From positions 1-59,777 of the forward strand of contig JBBTSX010000011.1 in assembly GCA_038064535.1 (NCBI GenBank): 59,777 bases of DNA. The letters are read 5' to 3'. The position numbers and the translations under genes were made by a program. Below the pieces are notes generated by a model. It did no database searches and was not told the origin of the DNA. It saw only the letters and a program-made list of their open reading frames with translations. Every line of letters begins with the position of its first letter. The stretch's first letter is position 1. The stretch is from Patescibacteria group bacterium (lineage in GTDB: Bacteria > Patescibacteriota > Minisyncoccia > Phycocordibacterales > UBA2100). Shown in pieces: positions 38,110 to 47,279 of the stretch.

Positions 38110-38470
38110 GCGCCTCGCCATTCCTTAAAGAATCTTGCATGGCGAGGCTCCACTTTGTATTCCTGATTTTGTGCAAACGGCTCATTCGGTGCATTCGAGC
38201 CGTTTGCTCCTTATTGTATTTGAATCCCGCCCGCTTCCTTTTTTAAGAAAGGAAGCGCCGCCCCTCGCCTTTGCCGCCCATTCCTTTTTTCAAATCCCCC
38301 CCCGCAAAAAATCAGAATGGAGAGGAGCGGCAAGGCGAGAGGGCGGGACGCGCGGTACTCCGCGCGTGGCGGGGTTCTCACGCGATCGGGGCGCACTTTT
38401 TGGGTCAAAGCCACCACGCACGCGGAGCGTGCGAAATCAGGGATTCTGCTGGAAGTGGGTTCTGACTTTT
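38110..38470. other. hairpin-dense non-coding region within the island
   Basis: at least six stems; see findings. Confidence 0.6.
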
Positions 38471-38487
38471 TGATACAATGACCACAA

Positions 38488-39333
38488 ATGCACATCTATA
38501 AACATTCTAAAATTTTGGCCCTGTGCGCGACTGTGGTTTGGCTAATGTTCATTTTCTCGGCGTTTAAAGGTTTCCATTTTTGGTACGCAGGATTCGTCTT
38601 TTTCTTCTGGTTTTCTTTGGCAACTCTCAACTACCGTCACGAAACGACACTTTGGATTGTTAAGAACAGATTCAAGAAATTTGCGCGGTTCTACCTTGTT
38701 TTGATTGTGGTCGGATTTGTCGCAGACTTCGTAATCGGGCAACAAATAGCACATTTATGGAGCTACCCTTTCTACGATTCTTTTGATGATTGGCTTCGTT
38801 TGTATGCAATCATTTACCCTTTCGGAGGGCTGACAATACTGGAGCTGTCATTTTTGCTAGGCAACCTTTTCCACGAACGTTTTATATTTTTACCTAAAGT
38901 CCATAACACCTTAGTGCGTTCGATTGACTTATTTGACCATATTGTCGATACCTTTTTGGCCGTTGTTCTTATCGGGGGTCCTATAATGTATTTCTCCGGC
39001 GCCCACATACCACTTGCTCAAGTCGTAGTCTATGCGTTTTTGCTTTGGGCTGTTCTTACCACCATCGAACTCGCGTGTCATCTTAGGCATGGCTCGCATT
39101 GGGTTGCAATCTTTGTAGTTGCATTGTTCATGTCAGTCTTGTTACATGAGGTCCCCAATACCGTTGCGTTTGAATGGAAATATGGTTACGCTCCAATCCT
39201 CAACGCATCGATTGTCGGAATACCTTTGTGGGTTGTAGTTGGGTGGTATCTTATGACGCTTGTAATGCTACGCTTATGGCTACGTCTTATGCTGGACGCA
39301 AAAAATGGGCGAAGTAGGGCTCCTATCCACTAG
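38488..39333 (+). CDS. multi-pass membrane protein (island cargo)
   Basis: about 8 hydrophobic segments, AT-rich codon usage, TGATACAAT upstream. Confidence 0.8.
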   Translation: MHIYKHSKILALCATVVWLMFIFSAFKGFHFWYAGFVFFFWFSLATLNYRHETTLWIVKNRFKKFARFYLVLIVVGFVADFVIGQQIAHLWSYPFYDSFDDWLRLYAIIYPFGGLTILELSFLLGNLFHERFIFLPKVHNTLVRSIDLFDHIVDTFLAVVLIGGPIMYFSGAHIPLAQVVVYAFLLWAVLTTIELACHLRHGSHWVAIFVVALFMSVLLHEVPNTVAFEWKYGYAPILNASIVGIPLWVVVGWYLMTLVMLRLWLRLMLDAKNGRSRAPIH

Positions 39334-39463
39334 GGCATAATCCACAGGGAGGCTTGCCAATTTGACGGGGGGTGCTAGAGTATCGTCGAATGTAAGTATT
39401 TCCATGCCAAGCAGGGAAAAAGTCGGTTTACATTTTTAAAGGAAAAGAAGAAGCAAGAAATAC

Positions 39464-39820
39464 ATGGCAAAGAAGCTTTATGTGGGTGGTCTTCCGTACT
39501 CTACGTCGGAAGACGAACTTCGCGAGGCCTTCTCTCAGGCCGGAGCCGTTGAGTCGGCGACTATCATCATGGATCGCATGAGTGGTCGCTCCAAGGGATT
39601 CGGTTTCGTGGAGATGACGTCTGACGAAGACGCCCAGAAGGCGATCGAGCTCTGGAACGGAAAGGACTTTGGTGGGCGTACTCTTACGGTCAACGAGGCC
39701 CGTCCGATGGAAGAGCGCCCGCGCAACAATTTCCGCAGTGGTGGCAACAGCGACCGCGGTGGATATGGTGGCGGCGGAGGTGGTCGCGGTGGAAACGGCG
39801 GTGGCGGTGGACGTTGGTAA
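39464..39820 (+). CDS. RRM RNA-binding protein with Gly-rich tail
   Basis: RNP2 LYVGGL, RNP1 KGFGFVEM. Confidence 0.95.
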   Translation: MAKKLYVGGLPYSTSEDELREAFSQAGAVESATIIMDRMSGRSKGFGFVEMTSDEDAQKAIELWNGKDFGGRTLTVNEARPMEERPRNNFRSGGNSDRGGYGGGGGGRGGNGGGGGRW

Positions 39821-39856
39821 TTACGTTTGTAATTGCCGACGGCACCTGTCGTCGAA

Positions 39857-39886
39857 ACAAAAGCTCCGCTCCGGCGGAGCTTTTGT
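39857..39886. terminator. intrinsic terminator
   Basis: ACAAAAGCTCCGC-tccg-GCGGAGCTTTTGT. Confidence 0.85.
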
Positions 39887-39959
39887 ATTGCGGCTATCCA
39901 CATGAGAGCGCTTCAGAGCACCTGGGAGCGCATAATGTGGCGCATAATGATGCTATGAA

Positions 39960-40080
39960 TCCCGTTAGAGGCTACGGAAGACGCACTGGATATATGTTGT
40001 TCCAATTCGAGAGAATCTCTGGTCGAGGTTATCGGCGATTAATCGCGTGCGGGAAGCATCGCTTCCTGCCTCTAACGGGA
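39960..40080. mobile_element. MITE-like element (CCCGTTAG TIR family), copy 3, at a start codon
   Basis: tcccgttagagg...cctctaacggga with a TGAA duplication. Confidence 0.88.
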
Positions 40081-40445
40081 TGAAATACGCCTCCATACTC
40101 GGGTGGGGAATTGTAATCTACGCGGTCATGTATCTCACGTGGTCGGGCTTTGTTCTCTACGGATTCTCCGCAGGATTTTTGCCGCGGATTCTCGCCGTCA
40201 TCATCCTCATCGTTACGGCGACCATTGCCGCTCACTCACTCAATTTTTCATCTTGGAAAGATATTCTTCCGCACTCCATCGGATGGGCGGTAATCGTGAT
40301 ACTCCTCGATATGATTTTCTCGGTTCCGTATTCCGGATGGCAGCTCTATGCGGATTGGAATGTGTGGGTCGGGTATGCGCTCGTCGCGGGCGTGCCGCTC
40401 CTCGCGCCGTTCACAAAACGCCGGGTTCACGTCGACACCGAATAA
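40080..40445 (+). CDS. small 4-TM membrane protein
   Basis: hydrophobic ORF; its ATG is formed by the element end plus the TSD. Confidence 0.8.
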   Translation: MKYASILGWGIVIYAVMYLTWSGFVLYGFSAGFLPRILAVIILIVTATIAAHSLNFSSWKDILPHSIGWAVIVILLDMIFSVPYSGWQLYADWNVWVGYALVAGVPLLAPFTKRRVHVDTE

Positions 40446-40446
40446 T

Positions 40447-41604
40447 ATGCCACTCCCACGCGCCCGCGCTCTCCATCGGGTGCTCCTGCGGGTAACGCTC
40501 TCGGCCGCGCAGGTGTATGCGTGGGTATTTATCTTTCAGTTTTTCTACGTCCGGTACGGAAGCATTGCCGAAGGCATCGCGTCTGTCGTCCTCACGTATG
40601 CGCTCGCGCAGGTTGTCACCATATTGCTCACGCCGTGGACGGCACGCGCACTTCGTCACGGCTTCAGGCGGCTCATGGTGTACGCAGTACTCTTGCTTGC
40701 GTCCGCATTTACCGTTCTTTCCGCGTCGTTCGCCGGATATCTCGGCGGATTCGGATGGGGTGTAGGATTGTTTGCCGTGCTCATGGGTGCGTATCGCGCC
40801 TTGTACTGGGTGCCGTACGAAGTGGCGCTCGTGGGGCAGGCGCGAGAGGTACTGCCTTCGCGGACGCGGTACGCGGCCGAAATCCTTGTCGCCTTCATGC
40901 CTGTTGTTGCGGGACTCCTTCTCACATACGGCCCCGTCTCGCCGATAGTGCTTTTATCGCTCGCGGCGGTTCTTTCGGTCGTCAGCATTCTGCCGCTCTC
41001 CGGAATGCGGGATGTGCACGAGGGCTTCGTTTGGAATTATCGCCAGACATTTCATGAACTCTTTTCGCACTCGCGGCGGCGCATGACGCTCGAAGCCGTC
41101 ATGCACGGCATCGAAGGCGCGGCGCTTCTCCTCTTGTGGCCGCTCGTGGTATTCATACTTCTCGATTGGTCATATCCGATGCTGGGCATCGTTCTTTCCG
41201 TGACGTATCTTTTCGGGCTTTTCATCCGGAGCTTATTCCATACTCCGCTTTCACGCGCGAGCTCGTCGACCCTCGCGCTCCTCGCGGCTTCGGCGTGGAT
41301 TATGCGACTCACCGTGGGCGGCGCCGTCGGCGTGATATTGGTGGACACATACTTTTATATCGGCTCGCGTCCGCAGCAGCGGGGGATTGACATGGGCACA
41401 TACGAGCAGTCGGCCGACAACACCACATTCGTCGACGAGCACACGGCACTCAAGGAGATGGGAATCGCACTCGGCAGGCTGCTGGTGTGTTTGCTGGTAG
41501 TCATGCTGATTGCCGTCATGTCGGTTCCGCTGGCCTTTATGATCGTGTTTCTCTGTGCCGCAGGGGCCGCCGCGTACTCTATCTATCTCGGCCGTTCTGT
41601 ATAA
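40447..41604 (+). CDS. MFS-like multi-pass membrane protein
   Basis: 10-12 TM segments. Confidence 0.75.
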   Translation: MPLPRARALHRVLLRVTLSAAQVYAWVFIFQFFYVRYGSIAEGIASVVLTYALAQVVTILLTPWTARALRHGFRRLMVYAVLLLASAFTVLSASFAGYLGGFGWGVGLFAVLMGAYRALYWVPYEVALVGQAREVLPSRTRYAAEILVAFMPVVAGLLLTYGPVSPIVLLSLAAVLSVVSILPLSGMRDVHEGFVWNYRQTFHELFSHSRRRMTLEAVMHGIEGAALLLLWPLVVFILLDWSYPMLGIVLSVTYLFGLFIRSLFHTPLSRASSSTLALLAASAWIMRLTVGGAVGVILVDTYFYIGSRPQQRGIDMGTYEQSADNTTFVDEHTALKEMGIALGRLLVCLLVVMLIAVMSVPLAFMIVFLCAAGAAAYSIYLGRSV

Positions 41605-41622
41605 AATAAGGTAAACCTTTTT

Positions 41623-41680
41623 GGCTCCTCGGCTCGGAAACAAAAGATACGCTCTTTAGTTTCTCTCGCTCTACGTTGCC
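41623..41680. repeat. GCTCG-GAA[stem]TTC-NCTCG structured repeat, copy 3
   Basis: ctcctcggctcggaa...ttctctcgctctacgt; flanks nearly identical to copy 1 but a different stem. Confidence 0.78.
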
Positions 41681-41725
41681 AATAAATACGAAACCGCGGG
41701 GTACGGACGCTACAAGTCCCCGCGG

Positions 41726-42076
41726 TCATAAGAACGTCGGCTCTTCAAGAGCCCTTTGTGTTTTTGTTGCTTCTTTGACGGCCCGCTTAAGGGCACGTGC
41801 GCGGTTGCCTTTAATGGTGCCGAACGCCAATTTCTTTGCCTCTATCCTGTCCCACCTGGTCAATTCCTTAAGAGGCCGGAGCGGGTCAAGATTTGGCGGC
41901 TGTGGCATCGGGCGGTCATCAATGGCATTGCCATGGAATTTCTCCCACAGCAGCGCATCTTCGAGCGGGTAATCCCATACGAACGCAATGCTCCATCCCT
42001 TGCAGGATATGACACATTCGTTCGGTGGGATAACTCGCGCAACCTTCGGTTGGCCTTTGTCGGAGCTTTTCATCAA
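41726..42076 (-). CDS. hypothetical orphan protein
   Basis: 4-nt overlap with the upstream ORF (translational coupling); hairpin downstream. Confidence 0.6.
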   Translation of the reverse strand: MMKSSDKGQPKVARVIPPNECVISCKGWSIAFVWDYPLEDALLWEKFHGNAIDDRPMPQPPNLDPLRPLKELTRWDRIEAKKLAFGTIKGNRARALKRAVKEATKTQRALEEPTFL

Positions 42077-42279
42077 GCGCTCCTGCGGTTGGTACGCTCT
42101 TCATCCCGCTTGTTACGGGCGAACTGTGTACCAACTTCACGCATGAGACGCTTATGATCACCTCGATGGGTGATACCGACTCCGCGAATCGCTTTGCTTA
42201 TGGCGTCGGCCTCGTTGGCCGCGTTGCCGTCGGCAAGCTTCTTTGCGGCATTTCTAGCGAGCTCTTGTATGTCAGCCAT
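42073..42279 (-). CDS. small hypothetical protein
   Basis: GAGGA SD before MADIQELARN; helical. Confidence 0.65.
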   Translation of the reverse strand: MADIQELARNAAKKLADGNAANEADAISKAIRGVGITHRGDHKRLMREVGTQFARNKRDEERTNRRSA

Positions 42280-42383
42280 TTGGTCCTCGTGTACTGAAAG
42301 ACGGGGACGCAACGCAACAAACACAACAATTTGTACTGCCGTGAATTATATCACGACAACAAGATTTGTCTAGTGTCAGGAGG

Positions 42384-42836
42384 TCAAGAAAACAAGCCCT
42401 GAATCACGGCTTTGACGTCTCCGCCGTCCGCACGACCGGCGAATTCTTTTATTACCGCACCCATGAGTTTGCCCGCGCCAGCAGCATCGGTGACACCGAG
42501 CTCGGCTTTTTTTGCCAGTGCGACTTTTTCAATCTCTTCGCGGCTTGCCGTCTGCGGCAGGTATGCTTTCAGTACTTCGAGTTCTTTCGACTCTTTTTCC
42601 GCGAGTTCCGGCCGGTTCCCCTTAGTGAATTGTTCGATAGAGTCTTGCCGTTGTTTTGCAAGGCGCTTGAGAACCGTCACCGCCTCAGGGTCGGCGAGTT
42701 CTTCGGTGGGCTTGCGGCCCTTGGCCACGAGCTCATTCGTAAACGCGGTCATGGCGCCGCGAAGCGTATTGACCTTGAGCATGTCGCGCGCCTTCATGGC
42801 GGTCGTCATATCGGTTTTTATCTGTTGAGTGAGCAT
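42384..42836 (-). CDS. GatB/YqeY domain protein
   Basis: AMKARD, KQRQDSIEQF..GNR.ELAEKE..E...L..YLP. Confidence 0.93.
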   Translation of the reverse strand: MLTQQIKTDMTTAMKARDMLKVNTLRGAMTAFTNELVAKGRKPTEELADPEAVTVLKRLAKQRQDSIEQFTKGNRPELAEKESKELEVLKAYLPQTASREEIEKVALAKKAELGVTDAAGAGKLMGAVIKEFAGRADGGDVKAVIQGLFS

Positions 42837-42858
42837 ATGGTCGAATTATATCAAATAA

Positions 42859-43119
42859 TCAGCCGCCGGAGGATACCGGCGGCTGTTCCGCTGAGCGGAG
42901 GAATACTGGAGCTCTGCACCCGCCGATAACTATCGCACTTATGGGCTTGTTCATCTTAAGCATCGTACCGTTCGCGACCGCCATCAACTTATCGATTTCG
43001 CGAGGGGCGGCATCCAGGCAATCTTGTGCGGTGCGGAATATTGCGAAATGCTGGCCGCCCTCGAATGTCGTGCCGCCATACATGACAGTAATTATAAGCG
43101 TCAGTTTCAAAACGAACAT
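42859..43119 (-). CDS. small hypothetical exported protein
   Basis: GGGAGG SD; hydrophobic N-terminus, two Cys. Confidence 0.6.
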   Translation of the reverse strand: MFVLKLTLIITVMYGGTTFEGGQHFAIFRTAQDCLDAAPREIDKLMAVANGTMLKMNKPISAIVIGGCRAPVFLRSAEQPPVSSGG

Positions 43120-43190
43120 GATTCGTTCCTCCCATCGACAAGCCTACGCCCTGCGGGACAGCGCGTCAAAGGGTGGTAAAATGCCAGTCT

Positions 43191-44264
43191 ATGGAATGGC
43201 TTGTAGTCGGACTTCTCCTCGCGATTCTCGGTGCCCTTGTGTATCTCCTGTGGGCACCCAGACAGCCGCAAGAAGGTCAGGGAATGGTGCTTTTGCAGCA
43301 GCGGATACAGGAGCTTGAGCGGAGCATGGATTCCAAGCTCGGCGAGGGGACGACACGGATGTTTGAGTCCATGAAAGCGCAGTTCGGTGAATCGCAGCGT
43401 CTGGCGAGCGACATCCGCGACCTTGTGGCGAAGCAACTCACCGAGGTGCGCGTCGAGCAGACCAAGACCAATGAATCGACGACTCGCTTCATGGTCATTG
43501 CCGAACAGCTCGCGAATCTCGAAAAGGTGCTCAAGCATCAGAAACAACGGGGAAATCTCGGCGAAGCGTCGCTCGAACTCATTCTCTCCAATATCCTGCC
43601 GCCGGGGACGTACAAAATGCAGTATGAATTTCCGGGGGGTGAGACGGTGGACGCCGTCATCGAGACGAAGGAGGGCGTGATACCGATAGACGCAAAATTC
43701 TCACTCGACAACTATCAGCGCCTCGTAAATGCGGTAGACGACACACAGCGCGCGGAGCTTGAGAAGCAATTCAAGAACGACCTCAAGACGCGTATCGACG
43801 AGACCTCCAAATACGTGCGCCCCAAGGACGGGACACTTCCGTTTGCGTTCATGTACATCCCCGCCGAAGCGATTTACTACGACCTGCTCATCAACGAAGT
43901 CGGCTCGGTCAAGGTGAACACGCGCAATCTCATCGACTATGCATACAACGAGAAAAAAGTCATCATCGTGAGCCCGACGACCTTCGCCGCGTACCTGCAA
44001 TCCGTGCTCTATGGATTTAAGGCGTTCAAGATAGAAGAGACGGCCAAAGACATTGCCAAGAATGTCGAGGCGCTCGGTCGGCACCTTAATGCGTATCAGG
44101 ACTACTACAAAAAGCTCGGCAATTCACTCTCGACGACCGTCAATCATTTCAATGCGGGTTCCAAAGAACTCGGCAAGATAGACAAGGATGTGCTGCGCAT
44201 TACAGGAGAATCTGCCGAGCTCGAGTCGCCGCTTATCGAAAAGCCGGTGACACTCGAGGAATAA
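43191..44264 (+). CDS. rmuC: DNA recombination protein RmuC
   Basis: N-terminal TM, coiled coil, RGNLGE..LE, IDAKFSL, MYIPAEAIY, VSPTT. Confidence 0.93.
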   Translation: MEWLVVGLLLAILGALVYLLWAPRQPQEGQGMVLLQQRIQELERSMDSKLGEGTTRMFESMKAQFGESQRLASDIRDLVAKQLTEVRVEQTKTNESTTRFMVIAEQLANLEKVLKHQKQRGNLGEASLELILSNILPPGTYKMQYEFPGGETVDAVIETKEGVIPIDAKFSLDNYQRLVNAVDDTQRAELEKQFKNDLKTRIDETSKYVRPKDGTLPFAFMYIPAEAIYYDLLINEVGSVKVNTRNLIDYAYNEKKVIIVSPTTFAAYLQSVLYGFKAFKIEETAKDIAKNVEALGRHLNAYQDYYKKLGNSLSTTVNHFNAGSKELGKIDKDVLRITGESAELESPLIEKPVTLEE

Positions 44265-44294
44265 AGTGCTGACCCCGTGATGCGTATCATGGGG

Positions 44295-44540
44295 TCAATC
44301 GAGGTCGTCGCCCTCGTGGGTCGGTTTCCAGCCGATAAATACGGCCCCGAAGAAAGATGTAATTGCGCAAATGAACTTCATTGCATCCCGTTCATGCTCC
44401 GATAGGTCAGACATTCCGAACACAACCACCACATATGAGACTAGGCCAAGCAGGAAAACGGTCAAACCCATCCACAGTGCAATTCGGGCACTGATTTTGT
44501 CGTCATCCGTCGGGCATCGTTCGGTCGGATCGCGGTCCAT
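44295..44540 (-). CDS. small 2-TM orphan protein
   Basis: GGGAGGT SD; two TM segments. Confidence 0.6.
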   Translation of the reverse strand: MDRDPTERCPTDDDKISARIALWMGLTVFLLGLVSYVVVVFGMSDLSEHERDAMKFICAITSFFGAVFIGWKPTHEGDDLD

Positions 44541-44694
44541 GCATACCTCCCGCTATTGAACGGACACACGGGGCACTAACAGTCATCCTCGTCCCGCACG
44601 TGGCATGTGTCAATCCGGGGAGGGTGATAAAAAGGTCAAGCACTTGTTGCACGACCTGTGAGTATGGGTTATATTCGCACGGCTCATATACCCG

Positions 44695-44742
44695 GCGCTC
44701 GCTCGGAAGCACATACAAGCATTTGCTTCCCTCGGCTCGCTG
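44695..44742. repeat. GCTCG-GAA[stem]TTC-NCTCG structured repeat, copy 4
   Basis: gctcggaagca...tgcttccctcg upstream of rplU. Confidence 0.65.
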
Positions 44743-44766
44743 GGTTATAGTTGCGACTCAAATCGT

Positions 44767-45087
44767 ATGGCCAAGATAGCAATCATCGAAACGGGCGGAA
44801 AACAGTACGTCGTCACGCAGGACAGCGTTTTGGATATTGAAAAACTAAAGGGTACCGACAAGGCGGGCGCAAAAATCACATTCGACAAGGTGCTTCTCAC
44901 TGATGATGGCGCGAAGACGGTCGTGGGCGCGCCGTACATCAAGGGCGCCGAGGTCGCCGCTGAGCTTGTGGAAAACGGCCGCGCCGACAAAGTGACCGTC
45001 ATCCGCTATCGCCAAAAGAGCCGCTATTTCAAGAAAAAGGGTCACCGCCAGCCGTACGCCACCGTGCGTATCACTGCGCTTCCGTAA
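44767..45087 (+). CDS. rplU: 50S ribosomal protein L21
   Basis: AIIETGGKQY, KKKGHRQPY. Confidence 0.97.
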   Translation: MAKIAIIETGGKQYVVTQDSVLDIEKLKGTDKAGAKITFDKVLLTDDGAKTVVGAPYIKGAEVAAELVENGRADKVTVIRYRQKSRYFKKKGHRQPYATVRITALP

Positions 45088-45105
45088 GCTCCAAGTATAA
45101 AAACT

Positions 45106-45132
45106 AGCGGCCCGCGTCAGCGGGCCGCTTCA
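45106..45132. terminator. hairpin terminator
   Basis: AGCGGCCCGC-gtca-GCGGGCCGCT. Confidence 0.7.
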
Positions 45133-45323
45133 GTTTCAACAGTCTCATCGTGTTCTCCGCTCTGTGCGGGCTTTCGCTTTTTCGCTCTAAAGCGTGTACA
45201 GCAGAAAAGTGACTTACGTGCGCCCGCTTTTGTCACGAACGCGTTCGGCGACTGTATTCTCGCAAGAATGCCGTGCTCCTTTTCTTTCCGCTTACAGTCG
45301 GCGCAAAGAGGTGCGTCTCTCAT
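45117..45323 (-). CDS. small hypothetical protein with CxxC
   Basis: GGGGGA SD-like sequence; LCADC. Confidence 0.4.
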   Translation of the reverse strand: MRDAPLCADCKRKEKEHGILARIQSPNAFVTKAGARKSLFCCTRFRAKKRKPAQSGEHDETVETEAAR

Positions 45324-45425
45324 GGGTCATCCCCCAAATTCTGCGGCCTTCATCCTACGACTTTGGCGACGGGAGTCCAGCATGGTCAGTGGGAATATCA
45401 AAAGGCCGCCCACCGGGCGGCCTTT

Positions 45426-45785
45426 TCAGTTTTCTGCTCCCTGTCCGTAGCAACGGACTTGTATGATCCTGCCTTTTTCATCTGTAGTTTGGAACACGCG
45501 GCCATAATCGAATCGCTGGTATCGTGGTTTTCCATCGCGGTTAACGAACAGATTGATGTACAGGCCGTTATCGTTGCACGACATCCTAACTGATGTCCCG
45601 GAATCGACCACTAAGCCCCCCATGTGTTCTCCGTTACGGAGACGAAATGTGAAATACGGTTCAGGACCAAGGTCAGTCGGCATCAGCAAGATGACCGAGC
45701 AGACCATGATCGCGATAACGACCGGCCTTGCGATCAGTGTCAATGCTACCTCCCAAGAAAATTTGCTCTTTACAAGGTACGACAA
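45426..45785 (-). CDS. hypothetical membrane-anchored protein
   Basis: TM segment; terminator at 45401-45432 directly downstream. Confidence 0.55.
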   Translation of the reverse strand: MSYLVKSKFSWEVALTLIARPVVIAIMVCSVILLMPTDLGPEPYFTFRLRNGEHMGGLVVDSGTSVRMSCNDNGLYINLFVNRDGKPRYQRFDYGRVFQTTDEKGRIIQVRCYGQGAEN

Positions 45786-45804
45786 GTTGGAACCGATGTC
45801 AACT

Positions 45805-46428
45805 TTATCGACGAGAGTCTAGTGCGCTTTTGATGGTCTCGGGGTCGGCGTATTCGAGCTCACTTCCGGTCGAGAGGCCGCGGCCAAGCGCTGTCACTTT
45901 GATATCCGGACTATGTGCAACGATGTCTTCCCGGATACGCACGGCTGTCGCGTCGCCCTCGGGATTGGCTGGGAAGGCAAAAATAATCTCATTGAATTCC
46001 TTATATCGACTTCGTAAGTCGATAATGTGTGCGAGTAACTGCTTGACGCGGAGGCCGCTTGTCTTTTCCGACGCGAGGGAAATGGTGCCGCCGAGTACAA
46101 AATATTGCCCGCGGAATGTGCCACTGCGTTCGAGTGCGAGCAAGTCGGCGTCGTTCGCAACGACGGCAAGTTGTGTCCTGTCGCGCTCGGGATTGGCACA
46201 AATCGAACAAATGTATTTAGCGGCAGCCTTCGCCGAGGCTCCGGCATGCCAAAGCATGCACTCGGGGCACTGGTGCACTGCGCTACCCAGACTCTGTATC
46301 GCATCCACAAATTCGCGTCGTGCCGACGGTGTGTTTCGCAAAAGAAATTGCACAAACCGCTGTGCCTGCCTCGGCCCGATGCCGGGGAAGCGCTCAAAAA
46401 GTCTCGCCAGTCGCTCAATGGTATCCAT
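45805..46428 (-). CDS. recR: recombination mediator RecR
   Basis: FPGIGPRQAQR HhH, C4 zinc finger, TOPRIM (ANPEGDAT), ELEYAD. Confidence 0.95.
   Translation of the reverse strand: MDTIERLARLFERFPGIGPRQAQRFVQFLLRNTPSARREFVDAIQSLGSAVHQCPECMLWHAGASAKAAAKYICSICANPERDRTQLAVVANDADLLALERSGTFRGQYFVLGGTISLASEKTSGLRVKQLLAHIIDLRSRYKEFNEIIFAFPANPEGDATAVRIREDIVAHSPDIKVTALGRGLSTGSELEYADPETIKSALDSRR
46004..46024. repeat. palindrome within recR (IDLRSRY)
   Basis: TATCGACTT-CGT-AAGTCGATA. Confidence 0.6.
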
Positions 46429-46453
46429 AAAAGAAAGTATACCGCATGTATCT

Positions 46454-46482
46454 AAATCCAAGAGGCGTCACCTCTTGGATTT
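46454..46482. repeat. REP palindrome, left of RAYT-2
   Basis: AAATCCAAGAGG-CGTCA-CCTCTTGGATTT. Confidence 0.92.
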
Positions 46483-46498
46483 ATGGTAATATGGCGGG

Positions 46499-47194
46499 AT
46501 GGGGTATCGACGGGTGCCGTTCGCCTGTGAGGAGTGGTATCACTGCTATTCTCGCGGCATCGATAAGCGCGTCGTGTTTGAGGACGACGCGGACGCCCAG
46601 CGATTCGTTGAATTGCTCTACCTGGCAAACGATAACAAACCCATTCAGCGCGAGAATTTCTACCACTTAAAACATAGTGACATCCTTCGAATGCCCCGTA
46701 ATCATCAGATTGTTTCCATTGGAGCATACAGTCTGATGAAAAATCACTACCACCTTCTCATTCAAGAAATAGAAGAAGGTGGAATAACAAAATTCATGCA
46801 GAAAGTCGGTACTGGATATAGCATGTACTTCAACAAAAGGCATAATCGCGTCGGCAATGTGTTTGTGAAGCCGTTCCGCTCCAAGCACGTATCAACGGAT
46901 AGGTATCTTTATCGTGTCGCGCAGTACATCCATTTAAATGCGGCAGAAATATTCGAGAAAGGATGGAAGCACGGTAGAGTTTCAAACATTGCCGCGCTGC
47001 AACAAAAGCTCACTCAATACCCATTCTCAAGTTTTCCGGATTACGCAAGTGATTCTTTGCGTCCTGAACGAAGTATTTTGGATGAATCCGCGAGAACGAT
47101 TTTGGCGGATCGTTTGCCGGAGCTTTCTGCCGTGCTTATCGAAATGCGGGACTACTACCTTGACCTTGAGCGGGAGTTTAAATCCAAGAGGTGA
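46499..47194 (+). mobile_element. REP-associated tyrosine transposase (RAYT / Y1 HUH family), copy 2
   Basis: YHCYSRG, YSLMKNHYHLL HUH motif, YIHLN, YPFSS. Confidence 0.92.
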
Positions 47195-47228
47195 CGCCTC
47201 TTGGATTAGAGGTGACGCCTCTTGGATT
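47181..47228. repeat. inverted REP plus tandem 21-nt partial copy, right of RAYT-2
   Basis: aatccaagaggtgacgcctcttggatt followed by agaggtgacgcctcttggatt; supplies the TGA stop. Confidence 0.92.
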
Positions 47229-47279
47229 ACAGAAAAGTGAGCGGCCGGCACTGCGCAGAACGCGGTGCCGGCCGTTTCG

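Larger units (their letters stand above)
35669..39340. mobile_element. small tRNA-linked integrative island (right boundary uncertain)
   Basis: integrase adjacent to the tRNA 3' end, XRE regulator, AT-richer cargo genes. Confidence 0.6.

Noticed and set aside
39310-39350. possible attR (TCCAC/TCCACA matches to the tRNA 3' end)
   Set aside because: Match of only 5-6 nt, and TCCACA recurs in several other intergenic regions; the island boundary remains undefined.
39814-40083. 89-aa ORF spanning the terminator and MITE copy 3
   Set aside because: Crosses a strong terminator; only the element-derived upstream ORF from 39955 is relevant.
47181-47228. tandem repeat as a CRISPR array
   Set aside because: No spacers, only two units and no cas genes; explained as REP duplication.
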